A DNA stretch of 59,369 nucleotides, filler included, from Nemertoderma westbladi (taxonomy: Eukaryota > Animalia > Xenacoelomorpha): assembly GCA_032718475.1 (NCBI GenBank). It is 3 parts of 3 records of this genome, joined end to end, with 100 filler letters (N's around TTAATTAATTAA, not from the genome) between each part and the next. Parts side by side here need not be neighbours in the genome. Positions count along the whole stretch, not along the records: positions 15,003 to 44,840 come from JAUCBJ010006744.1; 2 more parts are not named here. The stretch is one strand, 5' to 3'. This document shows positions 24,220 to 37,155 of this stretch, piece by piece (the stretch's first letter is position 1; each line of letters starts with the position of its first letter). Both the position numbers and the translations under genes were made by a program. The notes beneath the pieces are model-generated. The model worked only from the letters and a program-made list of their open reading frames with translations. It did no database searches and had not been told where the DNA came from.

Positions 24220-24810
24220 AACGATCTATAACGGGCTATAACGATCTATAACGATCTATAACGGGCTATAACTTTCTATAAACAAGCTATAACCACCTAT
24301 AACGAGCTATAATATGAAAATTTACATTAAAAAACGCCCCTTGGGTGTGTTTAACTTTTGGATTAACACGGTGGTCTGAAAAATCCCGCAGGTTAAAAAT
24401 TAGGGTAGGCCTATCTGCCTATGCCTAATTGATACTGGTAAGTTATTTTTATTGGCCTATATTGCTCACATTCCTGTATTCTATATCGACCAGAAGCTGG
24501 CAGCGGATATAGCAGGATGGAGGATAGACATAGAGATGAGAGACCTCTCCTCTGCCTGTCTGCTGCACTGTCTGAAACTCAGATAATGCAGTAGTGGCAT
24601 GCTAACTAATGCAGTAATGACTGATTTCGTGAAACCACAAAGATGAAAAGCATTCTGGCCCTATGGACTAAAAAACCAAATTGCGTAATTAAATTACGGA
24701 CTAGGATAATGAATCCATTCTAAAATAGTTTTTTTATTGTAAATTTTCAGATTATAGCTCGTTATAGGTGGTTATAGATTGTTATGGGGAAGTTATAGCC
24801 CATTATAGCC
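24220..24810. mobile_element. MITE/foldback remnant with 10-bp subrepeats in its inverted arms
   Basis: (CTATAACGGG/CTATAACGAT)n at 24221-24335 is the reverse complement of 24725-24809. Confidence 0.6.
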
Positions 24811-25110
24811 CTGCGAGCCAAGCATCCCCCTGCAGCTCCACCCCCTCAGAATCTCTACTCCAACCAGAAGACGAACTCCCAGTTTGGGTGGACACAGAAG
24901 TTACGGCCTCCCACATCGAGTCTGCTGCCCATAGATTGCATGGATGCTCCGGGCCAGCTGGTTCCGACTCAACCCGATGGGGCCACTACCTCCTCCGGTA
25001 TGGTGCCCATAGCGAACGCCTTCGCAACGCGGTTGCAGAGGTGGCGCGGTCCTTGGCAAACACCATTGTTCCGTGGGAGTTGGTGCGAGCACTGATGTCA
25101 TGTCGGTTGA
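24811..25110 (+). pseudogene. CRE-like non-LTR retrotransposon fragment (region just upstream of the RT core)
   Basis: GCSGPAGSD..W..YLLRYG.HS.RLR.AVA..AR.LAN..VPW..VRALMSCRLI resembles the CRE-clade segment before LDK.PGVRPIG. Cut by the RTE tail at 25111. Confidence 0.6.
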
Positions 25111-27080
25111 TACTACTACTAGGATTGGCATGCTGCAATGCAGCTGCATTTTTAAGAATGCTGTACCGGCTTATCGACAAAATTGCACCGCCACAACTCC
25201 GTATCACCCATGACATTTGCTAGATCATCCACATCTTCAAGGCCAGTATCCTTTAAGATGCGTCTCAATAAAGTCATGGGCTGTCCACCATTCTTATTCA
25301 TTCCATGAGGCTGCCAAAGTACAAGATTATGCACTGGCTGGTCCTCACGGCGAAAGCAATGTCCTGCAAAGCGGAGGCGATTTTGTTCTAGTGTCAAGCT
25401 TGGGGGAACCAATGAGACACCTCCAATGTTATATAGTGTCTGGTTGGAGATGTGTGCATTGAACTTGACACAATGAACCCGGCGTAGCATTCTTGTGAAT
25501 GTGCCGTCCAGAGATTTGGTATCGTCAGCAGTTAGAGCACAGCATGGACTCCCATAGAGGAGTACTGGAACTACTGCTGCTCTAAATAACCGGACCTTAA
25601 GTTTCCGCTTAATTCTCGGTGACTTCCATATCCTGGAAAGCCTATTCAAGGCTGCCCATGCCTTTCCCTTACGTATTCGAAGGTCCTCACCTGATTTCCG
25701 GATCCATGATCCCAGGTAACAGAAGTCATCCACATGCTCAAGCATACCATCTTTTGAGCTTATCTTCATCCGATCAGAGACTTGCTGAGGACTTTCAAAG
25801 TTAACTGTTAAAATTTTGGTCTTTCTGGAGTTAATAAAAAGACCAACACTAGAAGCAGCATGATCTAATGAGCTGAGGAGCCGTTGGGCTCCCTCTAGTG
25901 ATTCTGAGAGTACTCCTAAGTCATCAGCAAAGTCTAGATCAGTTAGGTACTTGGCAGGATTTCCTCGACTTCTGGAGCCAGTAGGTGGAGTTATCATCAC
26001 CCCATCATCATTATGATGATCTAAGGACATGCGTAGAACATAGCCAACAACAATTATGAACAAGAATGGTGCAAGTGTGTCTCCCTGGAGGACGCCCCAT
26101 AACACTTCAAATGGTTCTGTGTCACCGTCAACAGTAGACACAAATGTTGTCGAACCATCGTATACTGATCTGATTGCTGCAATAATTTCATCAGGAATCC
26201 ATATAATGAAAGTATGCTGAACATACGTGAGCGACAAACTGTATCAAAGGCCTTGAAGAAGTCAACAAAGATAACAGCCAGATGCCTGTCTTTCTTTTTT
26301 GATAACTCTTCAATTATCCTTCTAAGTGCCAAAATGGGCTCCATGGTCCCACGACCTTTACGGAACCCATTCTGATTTCCACGGAGCAGTCTCTCAATGG
26401 GATCCCTGATGCGATTTAATAGAATTCTATTGTATAGCATTGCAGCAATCGAGATCAATGAGATTCCCCGAAAAGAACCATAGAGTGTTAGGTTGCCCTT
26501 CTTGGGAACTGGCACCTACTTATTTGTTTTCATTTCTTGTGGGACTCTTGTTGTTCGGTACATGTCTACTATGATGGGATAGATGAGCTTTAAACACTCA
26601 GGTATTTTAAAGACCTCAGGGGGAACACCATCTACTCCACTGGCACGATTGGTCTTAATGCTCTTTGCAGCAGCCTTCACTTCTGCAAAGGAGATATCAC
26701 CAATGGGAATATCTGGGAGTACAGACTCAGACACTTTTACTTCTATAAAGTTATCAGGCAATACCCTGTCATTATTGAGGAGCTTTTAAAGTGGGCCTTC
26801 CAACCGTTGAGGCGATCGGCTGGTGATTCAGCCTTAACCTTGTTGGTTGGTTGGCTTTTTCGACCAGCAAGCAAGTTGATCGATCTCCATGCCTGGGATG
26901 ATTGCCTGCTGTCGTCAGCATCATTGATGGCGTCAACCTGTTGGTTTATTAGCTCCTGTAAATTAACAGAGTACTGCCTGTTCAGGGACCTAGATGCAGC
27001 CTTAACTGCATTCTTGGCCGCTGTAGTCTGTTTGAGTCGGGACTCTTTCTGCGCCTTGTAGAGGTCATTTCGGCATTTCT
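25111..27080 (-). mobile_element. RTE-clade LINE, 5'-truncated, disrupted RT
   Basis: PVPKKG..RGISL, QNGFRKGR, FVDF.KAFD, GVLQGDTLAPFLFII, DFADDL and RLRFAGHC. Short 3' UTR and (TAG)n tail at 25111-25122. Stop at 26516, frameshift near 26200. Confidence 0.9.
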
Positions 27081-30000
27081 GTTAGCAGTCTGCCTAACCC
27101 TGTAACCATACTGTACATATTAATTATATAAATCTAATATTTTCTAATTATTCGACAGTAGTACTTAATTATCAAGAACATAATATTTGTTAATTTTGTT
27201 TACATTTGTCTTTATGTAAATTTAGGTTATTTTCTTTAATAATTGTAATAATTAATTTGTACCTAGTTGTTTTTTGGCTGAAGATGTATATCATTATATA
27301 CGAAACTTTCCGGATCAAATTTTTTTTTCAAATCGCACTACTTGTTCTTTTCTGTTTTAAAGTATATTTTATCCGTAGTTACGACCACAAGAGACAAGAC
27401 AACGCAATACTTGCGCTTTTTCGCGAAAGTGCAACGCAAATTCAAATCGCACTGTTTGTTCTTTTCTGTTTTAAATTACGATACCCTCCTCTCCTGGGAT
27501 CACCATATCTTCGATTTTACTGTGGTTTATTAATGTTGGTCTGGGGACATATTTAACATAAAAATTACTTTTTTTATAAATGGATTTGAGCAGCGTCGGT
27601 GATATCCACGGTTTACGGGTAATTAATTTCTTTGAAATTTTTGAGGGGAAAATGTTTTTTTACATACCGCATTAAAATCAGAAAATTATTTATCAAAGCG
27701 ATCATTCAACCGATTATCCGAATCGTCATCGGACCAAGTATTAGGATTTAAGAGATCTGCCATGAAAGTAGTCTGATTAAATTTTGAATAATCATAAATT
27801 AACAGTATCGGCCCTAAAATAATTAGAATAATCGGTTAAAATCAGGAATGTGGGAAAGTGATCAGCAATTTCAGTTAAAAAAAACACTCTCATTGCCTAA
27901 TGATGAGATGATCCGATACAGTATTAGTTATAATGTTATCATCCAACAGGGATGGGGATGGACTTCTGATTCGAGTAGGTTTTGGATTCATGTAGGTGTA
28001 GGTTGAGCGTGTTTCAAAAGTGGTCACACTAAGCATTGAAATATAAATCGTTAATTATTGCATTTTTTATGATAGAATGTTGTACTGTAGATAATAGATT
28101 AAAGTGTGGGAAACCATTATTAGTAATTGTTTATCTAAGCTGATAATTCGTTTCTACTGAGCAGCCGTATAGGGAAAAAATTTAATATAATTTCAAGAAT
28201 TACAAGCAACATGGAAAAAGTATTAACAGAAGTAGTAAAAAATCCAAAGTAAGAATGTATTATGGCATATAAATTGCAATAATACAATGGCTTATGCAAA
28301 TCTCAGTTCCGTACGTTACTTTGACTTCGAATCTTTATCACAGAAGTGGTAAATGGAAAGGGAAGGCTTTGTAACCTTCAAAATTTCTAATTTATGTCAT
28401 GGTCCACAACTGTATAAAATATCAGTCCGTCATTCTGGATTCCAGCAGATTTATTTAGGTTCAAAGTTATTTTCCATACCTAACGTTTTTCCATACGTTA
28501 CTAAATTTATTAACAAATTAAAACATCTTGTAACATTTTGTTACATCGAGATTCTACTTCTTGTGGATACATGTTTTAAGGTCAAAATTTTACGGGAATT
28601 CTAAATTATTTAATAATTTTGAGACGGTTAAAGCTATACCTGTGTTATACAATTGTGCTATTTAAAAAGAGCAATATGAAATGCAGTGTATGTCGACCTA
28701 TGGTATGACTGTTGTACATGACTAACAGTGACTGGCGCAGCTCCGTGTCTTTGGTTAAAACCGGTAGAGGTTTTATTGATTGACCTACTTCTGTACTTCA
28801 TACTTCCCATAGGTACCGGGTGTTCCATAGTGATTGCCCCCCCCCCCCCCTGGCCAGCCAAAACTACCAATTTTATAGGCAATTCTTTAAACCTACCTAT
28901 CTTACTTTTCAATATTTTTTATTTAATCGCAATTTAAAAATATATAATTTATCCAGCGTTAGTCATCAGCTTTGCAGGTTGCAGCCCTGTTTAAACAGTT
29001 ATTACTTTTTACACACAAATATGTAAATAGTTATTGTTATAATTTGTCATCTTATCAGCGTTCTGATAAATTACTCGTAACGCTGCAAAGTACCACTTTG
29101 CAGCATTGCAGCCTATATGACGGAACGATGCAAATTGATCTGTAACAGTTCCGTAAGAGCTACTTTTTGATAACATAAATCATGGATACCATGGCAACAT
29201 TGTAGAGTTTTAGAACAAAAAATATATGTTATACACTATTCTAGAAATTTAAAATATAACTTTCTAGAACATATAGCTTGTTATTATTCAATTTTAAAAT
29301 AGCTAGTAATAAAAAAAATAAAGGATATTTTTTTTATTATTGTTTTTTTAGCCAATAAAAATTAATAACAATTTTCAATATTCGTTTAAATGTATTCAGA
29401 AATTTATTTAAAAATATATTTTATTTTTATTTACTAGCTATTTTATTTTAAAAAACTAGCTACGCTATGTTAGCAATTTAACAATTTTCAATATTCTATT
29501 TAAATGTGCATCCATAAAATCCTTTCTTCACATATCGAACGCTGATAAGTTGACATAATGTAACAAAATTACATACATCATTATTGTGTGCAAAGGTCAC
29601 TTTTCAGCGTAAAAGACCCTTGTTTATTTATATAAACCTCACTCGCTGCGCTCGCTTGGTACATAAATAAACTCCGGTCATCACGCTGCACGCACAGTGC
29701 TACTTTGCACACAATGATGTAAATAGTAAGTAAACCCTTGTGGAATGTGGAATTCATGAGTCGCTGTCATCTCATCAATATCATCAATCTCATCATTATA
29801 ATCTCTGTAATTATCCGCTTTTACAGGGAAAAAAAAATCCGACTATCATACTACAACTGTTATATTCACACAACAAAACAAAGAAACCATTAAATATTGC
29901 AGCTACATATTACGGGTTATTCGAGAACATGCTTCTACAGGAGAAATAGATCGTTTGTGGAAATATTCACCGCAATATACATGGTGGAGGAGGGGTAAGT

Positions 30001-31434
30001 TGTAGGATAAACAATACTAAAATACCCACCAGGAATAAAACAAATCTATGTGATGTGTGCTATATTATAACATCAAACATAGAATCCCGGATATTTTTAT
30101 ATATCAATTTGATTTTCTCTTTTTTTCTATATATTTTTTGTGCAAATATTTTCTCGCGAACCACTTCTAAGACTAAAAGGAAACTTATGCAATTTAACTT
30201 AAAAATCTAAAAATATATTTTCGGCACTAAACTCTTATTGTTTATGACCAATTTCATCGAAATAATAATTTATAAATTATAGTATAATTATTGCCATAAT
30301 ATAATAAAAATTTCACCTTTAAAAAGCCAGTATTATTCGCTACTGATGTTGGATAAGCCAATATTCAGTTGAAGTATAAACTCACTCGGAATACTGCAAA
30401 TCAGCAGTCTCCTTCGGAAAATTAAATTATAATTTAATATCACTAGTGCACGTGCTCTGCTAAACTACAGTCAAAACCAACGAAACAACAGTTGAGCAAA
30501 GATAATAGGGTTTGTGCGCGAAAAAATTGTTGGGCTAGAAACAGTGGAGTAAGGGTTTACAAAGTGCCCTGAAATGAGGAGTGGTGGTGTTTGTTTTTTA
30601 CGATGTGTTTTACGATGATTACTAAAGGTTTGCTGTGTGAGGAGTACATTTACGATTACCAATTCAGATAAATACATATGTTAAATTTCCTGTTGATCAA
30701 TATTTTCACTGTTTTCCGGGTGTTTTACAATGTTGTTCCTATGTTTTCCTATTGTTTTACTGTTTTTTTACTAGTGTTTTCCTAATTTAGAATCATCCTG
30801 TAAATGTAAAATATGCTCAGGTAACAAACCAAGGTAATACCTAGGGTAAAAAAAGTTCGTACTTTATGGTGTGGTGTGGTTAGATTTAATAGGGTTGGTG
30901 CGCTAAAAAATTGTTGGGCTAGAAACAATCGAATAAGGGTAACAGGTTTCCCTGAATCGAGTAGCGGGGTGTGTATTTTGTAAAAACACGTGGAAACGGT
31001 TGAAATGGCCGGTTTATTAATTAAGCGTGGGAAGCCAATTTTGAAAATCGGCTGTGATTGGCTGCTACATATTTGACATCACTATGCATTATGCAGTGCT
31101 CTAATATTTTTTTATATTAGTTTCTATGGAGGGTTATTATCGATTGATTCAAATACATATTAAATCTCAATCATTTCAGATGTAGCTTATATCCATTTAA
31201 AGCGGAGAGTCTTGTGCGTCTTTTAACACTACAATTACTTAAATTAATGGCTATTAACGTTGATAAAATGGTGTTTGCAATTTTTGCACACTTGGTAGAT
31301 TACCGGTCAGCCAGTATTATATTTATTGGTAGTAGGCTACTCTGCTCATTGGGATATTAAAAATGTGTACCGGTCACCATTACTGGTACAGTACAACGGA
31401 AGGTTTAATCATTTACTCAACTTAATGAATGAGG

Positions 31435-32681
31435 GGATCGAAGAGAAACTTCCCAACGGGATATAGCTGCTGATCGAGAGTACGGTTGTCGCAGGGAGGA
31501 CTTCTTGGAACATTCGAGAAGATTAAACTTCGGTCCGGATGGACACAGGCAGACTGCAGGACATACTGTAGGCCTTACTGCACATACTATAGGCCATGCT
31601 GGAAGAGATAGTGTAGGCGATAGGGTAGCGCGAATGACGGGATTATATCCGGAAGTCGCGGCATACATACCGGTAGGTAGACAAGAAGTGGATAGGCCTA
31701 TACCGGTACCTGCACACCAGTATGACTATAATATGCAGGGATATAACATATACCCAGGGGAGGGGGGAGTTATTGCCGATAGGTGTGTGGGCCCCAATAT
31801 ATTAACATCAACCCCGGTACCAAACATAACACCGGTGGGGGGGGGGGGGGGGGGGGGGCAGGGTGACATTCCCCCATTACAATATCAGCAATACAGTCAA
31901 CCGAGAATAAAAACCCCGAACCCCTTGGATCAGAACAGATCGTGCGATACGGAGATATGGAGGGGGCCGTTACCCCCCATGATATATCCGACACAGAAAA
32001 AATCAACAGGCCCGACGGGCGGACCGCACCCAAAACAGGAGAGTCTGTACAGCATCCGTCGAACCCATTGGAAGCACAGGCGATGGGTATGGCAACACTC
32101 ATTGATGCGCTTAAGACCAGGATCGAGCTACCACCAGTTGAGCCATTTAAATTCGACGGAAGCAGACCGGAAGAATACATACAATTCCGACGCATGTACA
32201 GTAATGAAATATTAACAAAAAATCTGACGCCTAAAATATTTACAAGTATACATAGGGGGCTCAGCGTACGATATCGTGAGGCAGTATCAAGGTATCAAAG
32301 GTGGCTTCACGACTGCATGGCGGGCCCTAGATAGGGAATATGGACACCCTGCCAAGATCATCCGGCAGACCTTGAGGGGAATAACATCGGGTGGCCTACA
32401 GGATAACCCTGTCAGTATAAAGGCTTTCGCAAACAAGGTCGAGAAGGCGTTAATCGTGCTAAAGACCTTGGATGCGCCATACGAGCTCAACGCATCGAAT
32501 AACATCACCACGATAGCGCAGGCACTACCAATCTGGCTACGGAACAAATGGAGGAAGATCGCCTTCTCCACTCGGGAGAAGAAAGGTGCGGAACTGGGCC
32601 TAGAGGAAATGTCGAACTTCCTCAATTACGAAGCAGAATTAATCACGGACCCAGTCTACAGCGAGGATAGTCTGGGGAAGG
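31435..32681 (+). pseudogene. gag: Second family-B BEL gag fragment
   Basis: Homologous to 7045-8395 (e.g. LKTRIELPPVEPFKFDGS, YEAELITDPVYSEDSLGK), with many synonymous differences. Confidence 0.9.
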
Positions 32682-35600
32682 CGCCGAGTTTTGGGATTTG
32701 TAAATGAGGGATTTGTAAGTCCGATATTCTGATTCAAATGTAGTCCCTTCATCAGAGGAGGTAATAAATCCGTGTTTTTTGGAAGTTGAATGACTTCTAA
32801 GTTATGCTTGAGCCGTTTATCTTTAATTATGTATCAGTTCTTATCTCGTTTGGATAGCATCCAATTCCAGTTGGGGCAATGCTTCTGATGCAGCCTTAGC
32901 AGCTGCTCTTTCTGCATCTTCTTCTACCGACCTTCTCTTTGCTGCTTCAGCTTCTCTCTTAGCTCGTCCCTACGCTGCTTCCGCTTCTCGCTTAGCTCTT
33001 TCCTCTGCCGCTTCCCCTTCTCGGTTTACTCTCTCTGCTGCTTCCACTCCTTGTTTTGCTTCCTCTTTGATTCATCTCCTCTTCACTGCCCTAGATCTTC
33101 TTGCTCTATAAAAGTTGCCTTGTCCGTTTTATCCTGTTCGGCAGCCTGCATTTCCATGTCTATTGCATCCAGGATGTGACTGGCTGCTTCACTGCGAGGG
33201 TTCAGTCCCGCTAGACGTCTTCTTAGCTCCCGATCTCCAAGGAATCATTGGTAATCCGACAAATAAATGTCGACAGCATCTTTCTTAGGTTTCCCTTTGG
33301 GTACTGCTTCTCCTTCTCCATAAGAATAGAAAATAAACGTATTAGTGGATTCCCCATACACGAGGTGATCGGCCAACTGATTTTTCCATATGGTAATTCC
33401 CTGAACCTTTTTGTTAACTCATTGAAACCATACTCGCATTGCTACCTGCGGGGAGGTATCCTGCCTTCTCTTGGAGGCTTCTTCAAATGCTGACAAAATT
33501 AGTCTAATCCTCAAGATCCGCTCCCGCACTTGGAACAGAAGTAATCCTTGTGCTTGAGGTTCCAACTGTCTTCGGAATAGTTGAGTTTCCAGTCGTCCCA
33601 GGGAGTTAAAGAATCCCTGCACATAACCGGATGCCGACCTCTTCCACACCACCAGTTCTTGGGTCTCTCAATTTACTCCCAGCTGATGTAGGCCCTCCCA
33701 AGGAACTTCGGAGAAGTTAATGGGAATTCCGGGTCTGGGAAAGTTCCATTGTGATTCCACCAAGGATTCTAGTTCCTCCCGCGAGTATCCAGAGTAATTC
33801 ACCTTAGTCGATCTCCTATTCTTTGTCCAATCAGCTAAACGCTCCTCCAAAGCCGGAAGAATTTGGATGAGCATCCCAGCAGGGAGAAAGAAGAATGGGT
33901 TGGGATCAGCTACCTCCGCTATTCTCTGATCGGTCGCTGAAGGTGTCAGTTCCTCGGTGGTACTAGAGCTGTTATCGCAGGATTGAATAGGGATTACTTG
34001 CTGGTCATTCTGACGTAGTTGCTCTGCTGCCGCAGCTTGATCTTGCTTTACCTGGGCCCTAGTGCCTATAATAGACATATGGTGCTCCACTAACCTAGGT
34101 TCTGACACAATTACTGTGGGGATAGACTTTCTTACAGTAGGTGGGTAGTTAGAACTCAGTCGGGTTCTTTCTATACTTTGATCAGGCTCACAGACTGTCT
34201 GTTCTAGTATGCTATCCGACAGGGTGTATTTTGGATCAGACATTATAAGATCTTTACTGAATACCTATTACTATAACAACAGTTAAGATACTGATCAGTA
34301 TTAACTGTCAGTCTTACAGATATATCGTATCTCTACTCTATACAATATGGGCAGACGACAATGTTTTACTACCGGTATACAATGTAGGGTATATATAGCA
34401 GTATCATAGAAGACTGATATCGAAAGCTGAGTACTGGTATATATATATTCGGCTTAAATTATATATATATATATATATAATAAGCTTACTGTCAGTACCG
34501 GTATTAACAATAATTAAACAATAACAGATCAGTCAGGTTATAGGAAATATTTTCCCTTTACTTATTACTGAGGTCAAGCAATAGGTTCAGCGTATATTTA
34601 CTTAATCGGTGTTTAACAGGCCTACGGGTTTTAAATCTGTCCTACGCCAAGCAGTCCTGAAGTAGTGACTTAGAAGAAATGCTGACAGACCACCATCAAA
34701 TCTAAAATAAACTACAATAGATGAAGTTTCCGAAATTATTAGTTAGTACGCATTCCAGACTACATGGTACGACTTATTCTTTAATCTTACCTTACAGTTT
34801 ACCTTACAGCTTGAATGCCTCCACTACATAACTAGCACTTTATCGGACAAATAACCCACAATACCGTAATCCACTTCAAATCCAACAATAATCAGGCAAC
34901 AATTCAGCCTATGAATTACTTCTACAGTCTGAGCAGGATTACACACCTTCTGCTCAATACTACACTTACAGATAAACAAAGCTGACAGAAATAAGTAAAA
35001 TCTCAATAAAAAACCATGGCTGTAGTCTCCAATTAACTAATAAGACCTAACGATTTATAATTGTCACTATCGAATTAATACTGCTATACAGTACCAGACC
35101 GTTTCTGCTAGGCCTACAGGTTACAGTCCGACTGGTACGGTAAGGTTTCATTGCCTTCGGAACAATAAAAAGAAAATAATATATTAATGTTTGCGCTTTT
35201 AGACCATTAACAGTTTAACCTGCTAATTTATATGTCTATTAATACCTGACAGCCCGTACAAATATGAACACAGCCGAAGCCAGTCTACCACAGCGTATGA
35301 CCCACCAGAGGTGGGAGACTGGATTCTATGGCAGAGAGAGCCGAAGGACACTTTGTATTATTCGATTGATCTTTACTATATAATCTCCAAAAACTATGTT
35401 TATTTTCAGTTAAATATTAACAGTTCCTTTAGGGTGCTGCGCTCTAAATACCACACAGAGATATGACTTATACTAATTACAATGGGTGGGCATGAGACGA
35501 CGCCAAATGTTTACATCCTTTAGGGGTGTATTATTAATCGTACACACTCACACTGATGACAATAGTACTGAAACACGCTACATTTGCTGACGGTCACCAA

Positions 35601-36030
35601 TTTTGCTCACATATAAAGAAAAACCTAACTCACGTACGTTGGGGACTATGAAACAGCATACACTCATACAAACCACTGTTATTTGAGATATGCAATTGTG
35701 AATAGTATTCTCCTCCGCTTACCTCAATAAATCATGAAAACAAAGAGATCTACTGGTTATTCGTAAGTATTCTCCAACTATTAACATTAATCAATATGTT
35801 ACAAATTACAATAGATTATAACAGCATAAAACAGTATATAATGTGGTGTTGCAGCAATATCAGCAGTCAGACGTCAGAAAGTCAGGATGTGTTGCAGTAT
35901 GCAAGGTATGCAAGTATGTAAACGTGAGTGCCAAGTTATTAGATTAGTGTTCTATATCTCTCTAGCCACTGGTGTTTCTGGGTGAAAAGACAGGAAGTGT
36001 ATAAGCACTCACACTGAAGGGTTGCAGTAA
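32682..36030 (-). mobile_element. Family-A-related BEL element: LTR remnant (3' end at 35188), leader, N-terminal gag (ATG 34243)
   Basis: MSDPKYTLSDSILEQTVC... aligns with the family-A Gag N-terminus, including VRERILRIRLILSAFEEASKR. LTR end GGTCTAAAAGCGCAAACA resembles family A. The LTR 5' limit is approximate. Confidence 0.82.
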
Positions 36031-36271
36031 TATTACGGCTACATCTGCTAAATATTTAACTGCATTTATCATCTTGATATACCCAGTTGGTTTCTATATA
36101 ATTACATATACTTGTTTTTTATAAGTTTCCTTCATTTTCACTTCACTTATAGATATATATTTTCCGGTATATGATATATATATATATAATTTTTGCCTAC
36201 TTTTACTAATTATGGTTTTTGTGTTTTTTCAAATTTTTACATTTGTATATATAATTTATTTAACAACTTAC

Positions 36272-36650
36272 AATGGAGTCTCATATTCTGAAGATAGCTA
36301 GTTATAATTGTAATTCAGTCCGTAGAGTGGAGTCTTGTGCAGTCATTAAAGACATGTGTAACACGGGCTGAGACATAGTATTACTTCAAGAAACGATGGT
36401 TTCAGGAACTTTCGTTATTTATGGATATGGATATCCATCCTAACTTTTTGGGCAGAAGGTTCTCTACTACAGACTACGCTGATGGGCTCTTATGTGGTAT
36501 AATTAAGGGTGGCTTGGCGTTTCTGTGGAAGAGGTCTATTGCCCATGCATTTAATGTTGATTTTAACAGTGATAGAATTCTTGGTGCTACAATTAAGATT
36601 AATAATAATGATACTCTTCTTATTTTGAATGTGTATTTACCATATGTGAT
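36272..36650 (+). pseudogene. LINE APE endonuclease N-terminal fragment
   Basis: LKIASYNCNS, DIVLLQET, KGGLAFLWK and LILNVYLPY, with stops and frameshifts. Interrupted by the LTR at 36656. Confidence 0.75.
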
Positions 36651-36655
36651 AAAGT

Positions 36656-37155
36656 TGTAAGCGGATTCAGTTCCGCAGCATTACCCTAATAAATGGGAAG
36701 TGGCACATTTTCAGTAATATGTTGGAGGTGCGAGATTGGCAATATCCAATCTCGTATCACAATCCAACACCGGGGACAACACAACCCCTAAGCCACACAA
36801 AGGGAGGTCAGAGGTCAAACCACCTCAGGAGGGAAAATAATCAACAGGGGCCAACGGGAGGGAAGCACTCCCAGAGAGGTAAGAGGCGTGAAGTAGATTA
36901 TCAGCCAATAGGGGCGGGGGAGAGCATCCACTGGATGAAAGGCCACAGCAGCGTAGGAGTGATTACATATATTGTCAATGCATATTGCCATACCGGTTCA
37001 GTTACTCAGTCATCAGCTTAAGTGCAGACCGGTGACATTTTTCTCACCATCACCAAACGTCATCAACATTCAGACACATATTGTTCTACCAGTATACCGG
37101 CTATTCAGCTATTCATGCTATTACATATATTATTATACAACACCAGGAGATAACA
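36656..37155 (+). mobile_element. 5' LTR of a family-B-related BEL element
   Basis: TGTAAGCGGATTC start, same as 11604. Ends ATAACA; followed by gag-like ORFs. Confidence 0.72.

Noticed and set aside
27100-31400. Short ORFs and scattered direct or inverted similarities in AT-rich DNA
   Set aside because: No recognisable domains or resolvable termini. Probably old MITE debris that I cannot delimit.
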